This document shows positions 48,841 through 60,302 of a stretch of 64,000 nt of DNA, in pieces (the stretch's first letter is position 1; every line of letters begins with the position of its first letter). The DNA is taken from assembly GCA_051530055.1 (NCBI GenBank), contig CM121342.1, forward strand, positions 7,386,691-7,450,690. Direction: 5' to 3'. The notes below the pieces were generated by a model. The model ran no database searches. It saw nothing but the letters and a program-made list of their open reading frames with translations, and had not been told where the DNA came from. A program made the translations under genes and the position numbers. Origin of the DNA: Neoechinorhynchus agilis (taxonomy: Eukaryota > Animalia > Acanthocephala).

Positions 48841-48995
48841 TCCACAAAACTGAAGATGAACACACAGACGAAAAGTTTCGTGACGGAACGATTGACGGAA
48901 ATACTCGGAAAAATGAATCCACAAAACTGAAGATGAACACACAGACGAAAAGTTTCGTGACGGAACGATTGACGGAAATTCTCGGAAAAATGAAT
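48841..48995. repeat. 77-bp tandem duplication just past the CHD stop codon
   Basis: TCCACAAAACTGAAG at 48841 and 48918. Confidence 0.9.
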
Positions 48996-49062
48996 TCGCA
49001 AAACGGGCGTTGCAAGGATTCTATCAAAAAGAAGCTAATCTAATAGACTACTATAGTTTGCT

Positions 49063-52000
49063 TTATTCAATAACATGATATTGCTGGTCATTCACGTTTT
49101 CTCCATTTTGTTGATGAGCCGCTGAATTTCCTTGTTGTTGTTGCGGCGGAGGCGGATGTTGCGGTGGAGCATTTGTTGTACGTGGAGTGCTCCTGGGCTG
49201 TACAAGACCAACGAGGTTTTGGGTTGGCATACAGAATGGAAAGTTAGAAGTGGGAGCCCGTTGACTAGTGCTCACTACATTGAGTAAATGATGGCTCATG
49301 TTTGTGATTGAATTAAAGACGGCTGGTAATCTGGGTAACTCACTGAGCATATTATCCAACGACTTATTGATGAGATTCACGGTTCTCTGAATGATAGCCG
49401 AGCCTTTTGATGGTTGATCTGAGAAAGTCCCTAAGAATACGTTAAGGGCGGCTTTCGAAAGAGCGACAGCCTGATTAACATGACCAACGAGGGGACGAGG
49501 AACATTTAGACCAATCATTTCCATTCGACTTGACAGCATATTTGGATCTTGTTGAAAGCGTTGAAGTGTATCTTCAGCCAGCAATGCAGATTCAAGCAAT
49601 TTAAATCTCTTAGCCATAAATCTATGCTTTTGTTCAGCCGAGTATGCACGTTGGCCGTCGCCGCTAGTGCTCGAATCATTGGCGTTCACGGTTGGCTGAA
49701 CGCTAGTTTCATCCGCCAAACGGCCCATTCCTTCATTAAGAATTGCGAATCTCACGTCGCTTAGAATCTCAGGCCACCGAGCGTATCCATATACACTCAC
49801 TCCAGCTAATAACCAATAGTCGTGAATGTACGACCAGTTCGCTCGTTGTTGATAGGCAATCGCTTCCAGTCGATTATTGGAGTCGGACGTACACCTAACT
49901 CGGTCGGAAATGAGTTGTTGTTCTATGATCCACAATTGCTGAAGCTCAGTGTATCCGCCTTCATTGATATTGAATAAACAGTGAATAACAGGCGCTGGTG
50001 GATCTGATGAGGACGCTTCGTGGTTTTGTTGCAGCCGAGAAAGGTATCGCGCTCTTGCTGCGTTTAAATCTTCATTGTCACGTGGTGCCATCTCAGGCAT
50101 GCTCCACAATCCGTTACAAGTTTCATACTCTTGTACTTTTCGTCTTATCTTCCCCATAATTCCAATCCGATTTAAAACGAGTTGCCGATTAAGTCCTTCA
50201 CGTGGAACTCCGTCCGAGTAGAATTCTCCTTGTGGATCGGTTTCAGTCAAATGCCGCAAAAACAGTCCACAATAGGCCATGACGTCTTGTTCCGTCTTCT
50301 GCCTTAAATCGCGGACCATCCATTGAGAATTAAAGCCCGGTGGAGACTGACCCATTCCGTATCTCATAATAGCGTTAAAAAACGCTCTTCGCTGCCGTCC
50401 ATTGAATCCAAGAACTTCATATGAACCACCGCCCAAATCACGGACAAGCTGAGTCTGTGGTGTAAACGCAGGCGCAGCAACAGAGTTTCGCTGTCTACGG
50501 CGTCGTCCACCTCCAACCAGAGTTCCGGTATCCGTACCAGCATCGAAATCATCGTCTTCTCCATCATTTGACCCTGCATAAGTACTCAAGTTAACTTCAC
50601 TGCCTACTTCCGACAAAACTGGCTCATCATCATTTCCAGTCGAAGCGTAATTCACCACTCGGCGACTCCGTTTTCCCTTTCCCAAATTCTTAGACTGTTC
50701 TTCTACTAACTCTTTGTGCCTATTACCCAGCAGACGCTCCCAATATCCACCAGTCTCAACCGGAACATTAACTACCTCTTCCTCAACTATAGCCTCTTGT
50801 TCTTTCATTAAATAACTCGCTACTTTAAACGAGCTCAAATACTCATTAAGGCCACACTCTTTTTCTTCGATTCCACGCTGTGATCTATCTAGAAGCGAAT
50901 CTATAGCCGAATCATCATAGTGAATATGTCCTTCTTCTTGTTGCTGTTGCTCTTCTTCACCGGGCTTAAACAGATTCTCGGTCCCAAATCGTAAAATATC
51001 CTCCAATTCCTTTTTACTCATATTTTGACCGCCTTTACCAACTCCAGGGCGAACTACCAAATGCGTCAACATCATTTTCTTTTTAGCAACCTGACAAATA
51101 CGCTCTTCAACGGTCTCACGAGTCACGAATCGATAAATCATCACCTTGTTTTGTTGTCCGATTCTGTGTGCCCTAGAAAATGCTTGGATATCGTTGTGTG
51201 GATTCCAATCCGAATCGTAAATCACGACAGTATCTGCAGTTGCGAGATTTATCCCCAATCCACCCGATCGAGTGGACAAAATAAACACAAATTGTTCGGC
51301 GTTCGGAGCATTAAATCGATCAATCGCGTCCTGACGCTCTTGTCCAGTGATTTTTCCGTCAATTCGCTCATATTTGTATCCCATGTAGTCGAAAAAGTCT
51401 TCGAGAATGTCCATCATACGAGTCATTTGGGAAAATATTAGAACTCTATGACCTTGTTCTTTTAATTTTGGCAGCATTTTCGCAAGAAGTTCGAGCTTTC
51501 CACTTGCTTTTATTAACATACTTCCTTCGTATTGACCAGCCGTGTTTACAGGAGCTTCTTCAGCCGCAGCGACTAACAAATACGGATGATTGCAGCACTT
51601 TTTGAGTTCCATAACAATATTTAATAATGACGATTGTCCACCGCCTCCTCGGGCGCACAAGACCTCGTAGTTTTTGTGGATTATATACTGGTAGTATTTC
51701 TTTTGCAGAACCGAAGGTTCGATTCGAACAATGAATTCGCTTTTTGAAGGCATATTTTTTAGCACATCAGCTTTGAGACGGCGAAGAAGATGAGGACCGA
51801 GCATTTCGTGAAGTTTCTTCACCTGGTCGTCTTTGCTGAGATCCGAAAACTCTTCAAGGAATCCAGGAAGGTCGTTAAAGTTCTCAGGACTCAAAAAATT
51901 CAGGAGATGATAGAGCTCCTCGAGATTATTTTGCAATGGAGTTCCAGTAAGAAGTACCTTTCGTTTGATTGTGAAATCAGTTAGTGTTTTAAAGAACCTA

Positions 52001-54309
52001 GATTGATTATTCTTCAATCGATGGGCTTCATCAACCACGAGAACTTCCCAATCAACTGATCCAAGACATGAATGGTCGAGTGAAACAAGTTCATATGAAG
52101 TCAACAGTACTTGAAATTTGACATGAGCACCACTGCGGACTCGATAGGCACGAGGACCTGCTCTTATAGCGTCTTCGTCAATACAGAATTCATGTTTGCG
52201 AATCATGGCTCGACTTGCACGATCTCCAATATAGGACACGATGTATAAATCAGGTGCCCAAAGTTCAAATTCACGCTCCCAGTTAATAAGAGTGGACAAG
52301 GGAGCACAAACCAGGAAAGGACCTTTACATAAATCCTCTTTGAAGAGCGAATAAAGAAATGAGATTGATTGAACAGTCTTTCCAAGTCCCATTTCATCGG
52401 CTAAAACGACGTCCGTACCTTGTCCCCAACTAAACCTCAGCCAATTAAGACCTTCCAATTGATACTCATGAAGGCTACCACCAGTTTCGTCAATATAATC
52501 AGGTTGTTCTTCGTATTTCCTGCAAGGATTAGGGCGAATCACTTGTGGTTGAATTGTTTCTCGTGCAGCTTTTCTTCTCCTTGCTTTATTATCGTCGATC
52601 ATTCGAGCGCGATTTGACCAATACTGTTCTATATGACGTTGCCAATCAGGAATTTCGTCTGAATAATCTCCTTCCTCGGGCTCATAGGTAGCCTGAGCAT
52701 ATCCAAGATCACGCCATTTTACGAGGAAAAACAAATGTCCTCTTTCTTTTTTGTGGTTTATAATTCGATGAACGGTGAGCCATTCCATTCGAATTCCTTG
52801 TTTGAAATACCGCTGGACCAAATCGGGATTGCCACCGACGATTCCAGATGATTCGTCGTCGTCTTCGTAAGTTGTAACGGGTGGATAGGTTTTGTCTTTT
52901 CCGAGTTTTTTCCAATAACACCTCCACAAAACCGTCTGGTGAGTTTCAATCATAAGTTCAGGAAGCCATTCACAATGCCAATGAGATAGTCCATCGTATT
53001 TGACATACATCTCTCGTATTTCAATCATATTTGGTTCTTTTCGGCGACTAGCTTCAACTACATATGGATACTCATCATCGGAACAAACGGGTCTCCATCG
53101 CCAACCGAGCACTCCAGAGACAGGAACTTTAGGAGCTGGAATCTGACAAACTGGACAAAACCATTGACCTTCAGGAATTTCCGTTACTTTTGGAACAACG
53201 CAATCCATGTGATATGAATTGACACATTGATCGCAACAAAGCACCTCTCCTTCCTTTTTACAAACACGGCAATAGCTGTTGTGGTTATCTTCCACAATAT
53301 CCTCTTTTTCGGGTTTACTTAATGCGGTCATCTTCGTTTTGTTTCCGTCTCGTTCACAAATAGGACAAAACCAATCTCCTTCTGGGAAAGAGGTTGCAGT
53401 TGGATCCACACAAATTAAATGAAAAGCACGCGGACATCCATCACAGAGCATTATCTCACCGCCTTGACCACAATGCTCACAAATTTCTTGATGATCCATC
53501 ATAATTTCCTTCTCATCCTCCATATATTCATCGTCATCTTCATTTCTCTTAGGTTTATTTAACCTTTGAGGAGTCGAACGGGGAACTTTTGCCTTCTTTG
53601 CAGACGAAACCTTTTTCTTCTTTACCAAAGATGGCTCATCCATTGAAGCTAGAAGAGCATCGTTCATTGAAGCATCATCTTCGTCTGCTATTCCTCCACT
53701 GGCGGCATACACACCACCGGATTGAGCGGCAGCTCGGCGTTTAGGTGCCGTACGACGGGACCTACGAAGTGGTTCTTGTACGGCGCTCGGAACGGCTGAC
53801 TTGGGACTACTTTCGTCGTAATGAACAGTCCGACGTCGAGATCGCCTTGATCTTTTAGCCTTAGATTTACCTTTACCTTTCTTTTCTTCACTGGACGAAT
53901 CGAGATTTTCGGTTGGAACAGGACTTGGAGCTGCTGGCCGTTTGATGGATTGATGAGGACTGGAAGGTGGACGATGAAGTAGTGGTGGAGATAGGGGTTC
54001 ACCAGCCAATACTTTGGTTCGATCAGCACTGAATTCTCGCCACTTGGCCGACAAAATGTTCATGACTTTAGACGTAGCCAACAGTGGACATTTTGCGGAT
54101 ATAAGAGGACGTGTGTGCTGGAGGAAGGCCCGGTAGTGGGCAAGGTTTTCGTAGTCCTCTTGTGAGAAGTTTAAATCGATGATGCCTGTTATTCCATATT
54201 CAGCGCATAGTTCAGCCGAGGATTTTTGTTGAGTTGTGGGAGGATTTGACTGAGGATCCACCATTGCTGGTCGTGTTGGAGCGACAGATTCCTCGCCGTC
54301 TGATGACAT
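49063..54309 (-). CDS. CHD4: Mi-2 / CHD3-4-5 chromodomain-helicase (NuRD ATPase), 1748 aa, single exon
   Basis: CHDNT domain (KWREFS), two PHD fingers, two chromodomains, SNF2 ATPase (LADEMGLGKT, VDEAH, DWNPHNDIQAFSRAHRIGQ), DUF1087/DUF1086-like and CHDCT2 (HDYWLLAGV..YGYARW) regions. The symbol denotes the Mi-2 subfamily, not a resolved paralog. Confidence 0.96.
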   Translation of the reverse strand: MSSDGEESVAPTRPAMVDPQSNPPTTQQKSSAELCAEYGITGIIDLNFSQEDYENLAHYRAFLQHTRPLISAKCPLLATSKVMNILSAKWREFSADRTKVLAGEPLSPPLLHRPPSSPHQSIKRPAAPSPVPTENLDSSSEEKKGKGKSKAKRSRRSRRRTVHYDESSPKSAVPSAVQEPLRRSRRTAPKRRAAAQSGGVYAASGGIADEDDASMNDALLASMDEPSLVKKKKVSSAKKAKVPRSTPQRLNKPKRNEDDDEYMEDEKEIMMDHQEICEHCGQGGEIMLCDGCPRAFHLICVDPTATSFPEGDWFCPICERDGNKTKMTALSKPEKEDIVEDNHNSYCRVCKKEGEVLCCDQCVNSYHMDCVVPKVTEIPEGQWFCPVCQIPAPKVPVSGVLGWRWRPVCSDDEYPYVVEASRRKEPNMIEIREMYVKYDGLSHWHCEWLPELMIETHQTVLWRCYWKKLGKDKTYPPVTTYEDDDESSGIVGGNPDLVQRYFKQGIRMEWLTVHRIINHKKERGHLFFLVKWRDLGYAQATYEPEEGDYSDEIPDWQRHIEQYWSNRARMIDDNKARRRKAARETIQPQVIRPNPCRKYEEQPDYIDETGGSLHEYQLEGLNWLRFSWGQGTDVVLADEMGLGKTVQSISFLYSLFKEDLCKGPFLVCAPLSTLINWEREFELWAPDLYIVSYIGDRASRAMIRKHEFCIDEDAIRAGPRAYRVRSGAHVKFQVLLTSYELVSLDHSCLGSVDWEVLVVDEAHRLKNNQSRFFKTLTDFTIKRKVLLTGTPLQNNLEELYHLLNFLSPENFNDLPGFLEEFSDLSKDDQVKKLHEMLGPHLLRRLKADVLKNMPSKSEFIVRIEPSVLQKKYYQYIIHKNYEVLCARGGGGQSSLLNIVMELKKCCNHPYLLVAAAEEAPVNTAGQYEGSMLIKASGKLELLAKMLPKLKEQGHRVLIFSQMTRMMDILEDFFDYMGYKYERIDGKITGQERQDAIDRFNAPNAEQFVFILSTRSGGLGINLATADTVVIYDSDWNPHNDIQAFSRAHRIGQQNKVMIYRFVTRETVEERICQVAKKKMMLTHLVVRPGVGKGGQNMSKKELEDILRFGTENLFKPGEEEQQQQEEGHIHYDDSAIDSLLDRSQRGIEEKECGLNEYLSSFKVASYLMKEQEAIVEEEVVNVPVETGGYWERLLGNRHKELVEEQSKNLGKGKRSRRVVNYASTGNDDEPVLSEVGSEVNLSTYAGSNDGEDDDFDAGTDTGTLVGGGRRRRQRNSVAAPAFTPQTQLVRDLGGGSYEVLGFNGRQRRAFFNAIMRYGMGQSPPGFNSQWMVRDLRQKTEQDVMAYCGLFLRHLTETDPQGEFYSDGVPREGLNRQLVLNRIGIMGKIRRKVQEYETCNGLWSMPEMAPRDNEDLNAARARYLSRLQQNHEASSSDPPAPVIHCLFNINEGGYTELQQLWIIEQQLISDRVRCTSDSNNRLEAIAYQQRANWSYIHDYWLLAGVSVYGYARWPEILSDVRFAILNEGMGRLADETSVQPTVNANDSSTSGDGQRAYSAEQKHRFMAKRFKLLESALLAEDTLQRFQQDPNMLSSRMEMIGLNVPRPLVGHVNQAVALSKAALNVFLGTFSDQPSKGSAIIQRTVNLINKSLDNMLSELPRLPAVFNSITNMSHHLLNVVSTSQRAPTSNFPFCMPTQNLVGLVQPRSTPRTTNAPPQHPPPPQQQQGNSAAHQQNGENVNDQQYHVIE

Positions 54310-54649
54310 GTCTGAAGAGAAACGATCGGAGGGCGTCAGCGTGGTGGTGGTGGTGACAAAGGAAATTGTGTACTGGATGTGCGTAAGGTAATGTGATTGA
54401 ACTGCGTTTGTGTTTTGGAAGTGTGCTTGGTACTAACAAACTGAGACCTCGAATACGACTCTGATCAATCAATAATAGTCCATGAGATCGATCAGAAAAA
54501 GTTACCGTGAAAAAGTTTTCCAATAACAACCATGAAAAAAAAGTTTTCCAATTCTTACATGATAACATCAAAAAATATTTAAACCTATCTTAAATGAATT
54601 GCCTTAAAAAAGCGAAGAATATTCTATGTTAAAATCAAAAGACCAAACG

Positions 54650-56745
54650 AATTTGGCCACCACGACGTTCTTTCCAAACAAGGAAAAAAACCGAGATATT
54701 CTGCGGGAAAAAAAGAAAGGTTTAAGATCCACAAAAATCTCAAATGAATCGCCTTAAAAAACCCAACTTTATAGAGAGAATTTTCTAGTTTAAAATAAAA
54801 ACATCAACAATTTGGTCACGACGGCGTTATTGTCCAACAGCGAAAAAAAATCGAGATATTCTGCGGGAAAAAAGAAAGGTTTAAGATCCACGAGATCTCA
54901 AATGAATCGCCTTAAAAAACCCAACTCTATAGAGAGAATTTTCCGGTTAAAATAAAAACATCAACAATTTGGTCACCACGGCGTTATTGTCCAACAGCGA
55001 AAAAAAATCGAGATATTCTGCAGGAAAAAAGAAAGGTTTAAGATCCACGAGATCTCAAATGAATCGCTTTAAAAAACCCAACTCTATAGAGAGAATTTTC
55101 CAGTTTAAAATAAAAACATCAACAATTTGGTCACGACGGCGTTATTGTCCAACAGCGAAAAAAATCGAGATATTCTGCGGGAAAAAAGAAAGGTTTAAGA
55201 TCCACGAGATCTCAAATGAATCGCCTTAAAAAACCCAACTCTATAGAGAGAATTTTCCGGTTAAAATAAAAACATCAACAATTTGGTCACGACGGCGTTA
55301 TTGTCCAACAGCGAAAAAACCGAGATATTCTGCGGGAAAAAAAGAAAGGTTTAAGATCCACGAGATCTCAAATGAATCGCTTTAAAAAACCCAACTCTAT
55401 AGAGAGAATTTTCTAGTTTAAAATAAAAACATCAACAATTTGGTCTCCACGACGTTCTTTCCAAACAAAGAAAAAAATCGAGATATTCTGCGGGAAAAAA
55501 GAAAGGTTTAAGATCCACGAGATCTCAAATGAATCGCTTTAAAAAAACCCAACTCTATAGAGAGAATTTTCCAGTTTAAAATAAAACCATCAACCATTGG
55601 GCCATCACGACGTTCTTTCCAAACAAAGAAAAAAATCGAGATATTCTGCGGGAAAAAAAGAAAGGTTTAAGATCCACGAGATCTCAAATGAATCGCTTTA
55701 AAAAACCCAACTCTATAGAGAGAATTTTCTAGTTTAAAATAAAAACATCAACAATTTGGTCTCCACGACGTTCTTTCCAAACAAAGAAAAAAATCGAGAT
55801 ATTCTGCGGGAAAAAAGAAAGGTTTAAGATCCACGAGATCTCAAATGAATCGCCTTAAAAAACCCAACTCTATAGAGAGAATTTTCCAGTTTAAAATAAA
55901 AACATCAACAATTTGGTCTCCACGACGTTATTGTCCAACAGCGAAAAACCGAGATATTCTGCAGGAAAAAAGAAAGGTTTAAGATCCACGAGATCTCAAA
56001 TGAATCGCCTTAAAAAACCCAACTCTATAGAGAGAATTTTCCAGTTTAAAATAAAAACATCAACAATTTGGTCACGACGGCGTTATTGTCCAACAGCGAA
56101 AAAAACCGAGATATTCTGCAGGAAAAAAGAAAGGTTTAAGATCCACGAGATCTCAAATGAATCGCTTTAAAAAACCCAACTCTATAGAGAGAATTTTCCA
56201 GTTTAAAATAAAAACATCAACAATTTGGTCACGACGGCGTTATTTCCAACAGCGAAAAAATCGAGATATTCTGCAGGAAAAAAGAAAGGTTTAAGATCCA
56301 CGAGATCTCAAATGAATCGCCTTAAAAAACCCAACTCTATAGAGAGAATTTTCCAGTTTAAAATAAAAACATCAACAATTTGGTCTCCACGACGTTATTG
56401 TCCAACAGCGAAAAACCGAGATATTCTGCAGGAAAAAAGAAAGGTTTAGGATCCATGAGAGCTCAAATGAATCGCCTTAAAAAAACCCAACTCTATAGAG
56501 AGAATTTTCCAGTTTAAAATAAAAACATCAACAATTTGGTCACGACGGCGTTCTTTCCAAACAAAGAAAAAAACCGAGATATTCTGCAGGAAAAAAAGGT
56601 TTAAGATCCACGAGATCTCAAATGAATCGCTTTAAAAAAAACCCAACTCTATAGAGAGAATTTTCTAGTTTAAAATAAAAACATCAACAATTTGGTCTCC
56701 ACGACGGCGTTGTTTCCAAACAAGGAAAAAAACCGAGATATTCTG
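54650..56745. repeat. Satellite, about 157-bp monomer x about 13, upstream of the CHD start
   Basis: TTTGGTC marker at 54811, 54968, 55126, 55282 and onward; two sub-variants (TTATTGTCCAACAGCG and TTCTTTCCAAACAAAG). Confidence 0.97.
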
Positions 56746-57081
56746 CGCGACGACTCAGGCTTCTTCTTTCCGTTGTTTTTTGCAAAAGGATGTTTGGATC
56801 CTACTTCAAAAGTGGATAAAGTTAAAGGAACATTCTGAGTAGCCAATACACCGATAATTGATGAGGTAATGGATTTCACGTGAGACCTGATTATTGATAT
56901 GGATGAATGTGTGATTTGTATCAGAAACGGCGAACATTAACGAATCCACGTGATCCACCGCAACGACGGCTTTGTGAGTGTTGAGAGCGAACATTGAGAA
57001 GAGTTGTAGAAATGTGAGAAAACAAAGTTCTTGGATCCAAAGCATCGTGCGTGTGCGTATATATTTAGAGTTACGTCTCGT

Positions 57082-57110
57082 TATGACGTCATAGACGTTT
57101 CACTGACGTA
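57082..57110. promoter_or_regulatory. Palindromic CRE/ATF site (TATGACGTCATA) plus a TGACGT half site; candidate distal CHD promoter
   Basis: 12-bp palindrome at 57082-57093 and TGACGTA at about 57104; function is inference. Confidence 0.3.
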
Positions 57111-57557
57111 AACACTTGTCGTTTGAAGAGTCGAAGACGTTTCTCGATCCTTAAAGTCTCGTCCGTGAACTTTCCCAAAATATCATTGAACGACGCTGTG
57201 TGGACTTATAGAAGCATTCACGATAAACACCAAAAAAACAAAATACCTTTGGATTTGTGCGAATCCGTTGATTGAGCCTGTAAACATCTCTCTCTCTCAG
57301 TTTTTGTATCGAAAAACAACACAAACCCATTTTGTAATAACCGCCCCCCCCAGGTTAAATTTCGGTTTTTTAGCATTTTTGCTTTCGAAATACATAATCA
57401 ACAACAGAATTTTCTTATCTAATATTCCCTTGTCCAATTTTCTCGAGAATTCGAAATGCTCTCAATATTGGAAATGCCATTAAAAAAAGCAAGAATAACT
57501 GGCAATGAATATAGAGGGAAAAAGTAATGGAGGCTCCGAAATGTCAAAAATAAACTT

Positions 57558-58182
57558 TTGTTTTTTAACCGCTTATATTGCTCAAATGAGGACAATCGTT
57601 CGAAAAAAGATAACATGCGATTTTGAAATCAGTCGATAATCCACAAAATGATCAACAGTCTATTGAGCAAACCGATTATCGTCGATATGACCGTGAAGAA
57701 GGAGTAAAACCCCGAAATATTGGTTTCCAAAATAAACATTTGTTTTCTAATCGCTTATATTGCCCAATTGATTAAAAAGATAAGATGCGATCGGGAAATC
57801 AGTCGATAATCAACGAACTTATCAAAAATCGGTTGAGTAAACCGATTCTCGTCGATATGACCGTGAAGAAGGAGTAAAACCCCGAAATATCGGTTTCCAA
57901 AATAAACATTTGTTTTCTAATCGCTTATATTGCTCAAATGAGAACAATCGATAAAAAAAGACAACGTCCGATTGGGAAATCAGTCGATAATCAACGAACT
58001 GATCAACAGTCGGTTGAGCAAACCGATTATCGTCGATATGACCGTGAAGAAGGAGTAAAACGCCGAAATATCGGTTTCCAAGATAAACATTTGTTTTTTT
58101 AACCGCTTATATTGCCCAAATGAGGACAATCGATTAAAAAGATAACGTCCGATTGGGAAATCAGTCGATAATCCACGAACTT
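57558..58182. repeat. Diverged tandem repeat of about 170-182 bp x3.5; part also dispersed at 35367-35425
   Basis: GAAGAAGGAGTAAAAC..GAAATAT.GGT.TCCAA recurs near 57695, 57865, 58047 and 35367. Confidence 0.85.
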
Positions 58183-59029
58183 AAGGGAGAAAGGTGGTTT
58201 CAAGTGGCGTTAAAAAGCGTTGTCAGAGATGGCAGGTGACGCAGTTTTTTAAATTTTAGTTAGATTGTACAATCACAAAAGTACAATGAACCATTCAGCG
58301 TCAAGATTGAAATTGTGCACTAAATTGGAAGCAGTTTCTCGTAGAAATTTATCAAAAATATTTAGAACAACTGAAACGATTACTTGAAATGAAGATCGCA
58401 ATGATAAGTACACGAACTCGCAACTGGATAAAAATTAACGATCTTACTCCAAGACGAAATGCTTAGATGATCTACGCCACGGAGCATTACGGCACTCAAA
58501 ACAACCCAAAATTTAGTAGACTTTAACGCTCACGAAAACATTTGATCGTGACGGCAACGTAAACGACTTAGTGCAGACGATCTTTTTAGGAATGTGATGA
58601 ATTTTAGACAAAAGGATGTATTAAATTTAAGTCGCCCGAGAAAAAGCTGACAGCTCAATCAATGGTTCAGCTCGTACAGGTTTTGTAATATTACTTATTA
58701 ACATTTCGAAAACTCTGGCTTTAGTTGTAGGCGAAGCAGTTATAAAAAATGATGCATCCAAGTTCAAAAGTCACTAAGATCGATCCCTAATAAGAATTTC
58801 ATATTTGCGGTTCATTGTACCTGAGATTATAAAAAGAAAGCGACAGATCTATTCCTTCTATTGATTGTGGAATAGATCACGAAAAATACTTCTATTTCTC
58901 CGAATGAGAGTATATTTGCCACCTTTCCGCTGTTCGCTTTTTCTAATGGTTCATCTTACGAATATAACGTCTATTGATATCATTGCCATATTCATTCTTT
59001 AACAAACGTTTGGTCAAAATATTAAGACG

Positions 59030-59230
59030 ACATCATAGAGAATTGTCGTTGAAGTGAATTTGATTCGAGTTTGGCGATGTTTTTCCCCCGAGCTTAAATT
59101 GTAGAAAACTTACAAACATTATAACTGAAGAGGTAAGCAAAAAGTTTACGAAATATTTTAAAATAAGTGATCAACACTATCAAAAATCCGAGGGAAAAAC
59201 ATCGCCAAAGTCGAATTAAGACGATAATTC
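59030..59230. mobile_element. Fold-back element with outer arms of about 45 bp enclosing one inner arm and the core motif
   Basis: TTCGAGTTTGGCGATGTTTTTCCCCCG (about 59064-59090) is inverted at 59188-59215; GTAGAAAACTTACAAACATT at 59101; related to 60900-61130. Confidence 0.75.
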
Positions 59231-59269
59231 GTTATCATTGAAATAATCGCCTTTAAAACTTACAAAAAT

Positions 59270-60050
59270 GATTTTTAATTGGGTTGCATTTAAGGCCTCA
59301 ATAAAGCGTCTCGTGAAAGTTTATTCAATGAGTTTCGATCTAATTTGTACAAACTTTAAGCTTTAAACATTTGAAAATGTGTTCAAGTACTCAGATGAAT
59401 TAGTCAGGAAATAAGCCATCGTCTTTTTAAAGAAGTATCGCAAAAGCAGTTGCAATCTCTCTCTCATAACATCCGGAACGATATGACCCAAGGGAATTAA
59501 TACGTAACAATGAAGTTAGCATCAGACCTTTGGAATGTCTTTAAAGGACAAAATCGATAGTTGTCTAATATCGCAATAAAGCAAAATCGATACCTGGTGT
59601 TCTTAGATGGTTTTCCATGAGTCTCGATTATGTCAAAGGCAAAGATAGGAAAACAATATTCTTTGAACCGAAAAGGTTTGTTTTGCTCATAACCATTATT
59701 TGGAAGAGATGACTGAGGAAGCCGAATTACTGCTATTTTATTCTCATCTAATTAATCCGTTCGCGTGGCGCAGAAGTTCCTTATATGAAAAATAAGCTCA
59801 CTTCTCTTCTAAATAATCCATGTCGCATTCTAACCATTTGGATCAATAGTCAATAAAATTCGATTGTGAATGAATGTAAAAATAATTGAAGGTTTCTAAT
59901 CGAACTCGTCTCTATATCCAACATTTGGCAGCTATAAACAATTACGTTATCTGTTGTTGATAATAAAAAAAAGTCTAAAATGTTTAGCTTAAGTTGTTAA
60001 TGGATACCAAAGACGAAACATTATTGAATTTTTATTAGCAATAGAAAATG
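59270..60050 (-). pseudogene. Heavily decayed non-LTR RT remnant
   Basis: Collinear traces on the minus strand: xGF near 59720, AFD near 59640, a QG..SP..F-like stretch near 59410 and GLKCNP.K near 59290; many stops. Confidence 0.35.
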
Positions 60051-60079
60051 GCGTCTTATTTATAATATTATTCGACTAA

Positions 60080-60302
60080 AATTTTGGTGAAAATAATCCG
60101 CCGGTCATAACCTATATTTGATTTTGATTTGAGATATTTCGCAGAGGAGGTAACCTCGCCTCATCAGTCATTGTTTGTACACAACTCACATAATTAAAAA
60201 CTTAGAAGCAATGACTGATGAGGCGAGGTTACCTCCTCTGCGAAATATCTAAAATCAAAATCAAATATAGGTTATGACCGGCGGATTATTTTCACCAAAA
60301 TT
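60080..60302. mobile_element. Fold-back element with 94-bp arms (one mismatch) and a 35-nt loop
   Basis: 60080-60173 is the reverse complement of 60209-60302; CATTGTTTGTA at 60169 and AAAACTTAGAAGCAATG at 60197. Confidence 0.95.

Noticed and set aside
48705-49043. 112-aa ORF convergent with CHD
   Set aside because: Contains a 77-bp duplication that changes frame between copies; no domain recognised.
54969-56449. Repeated 74-86 aa ORFs
   Set aside because: Artefacts of the 157-bp satellite; the unit length is not a multiple of three.
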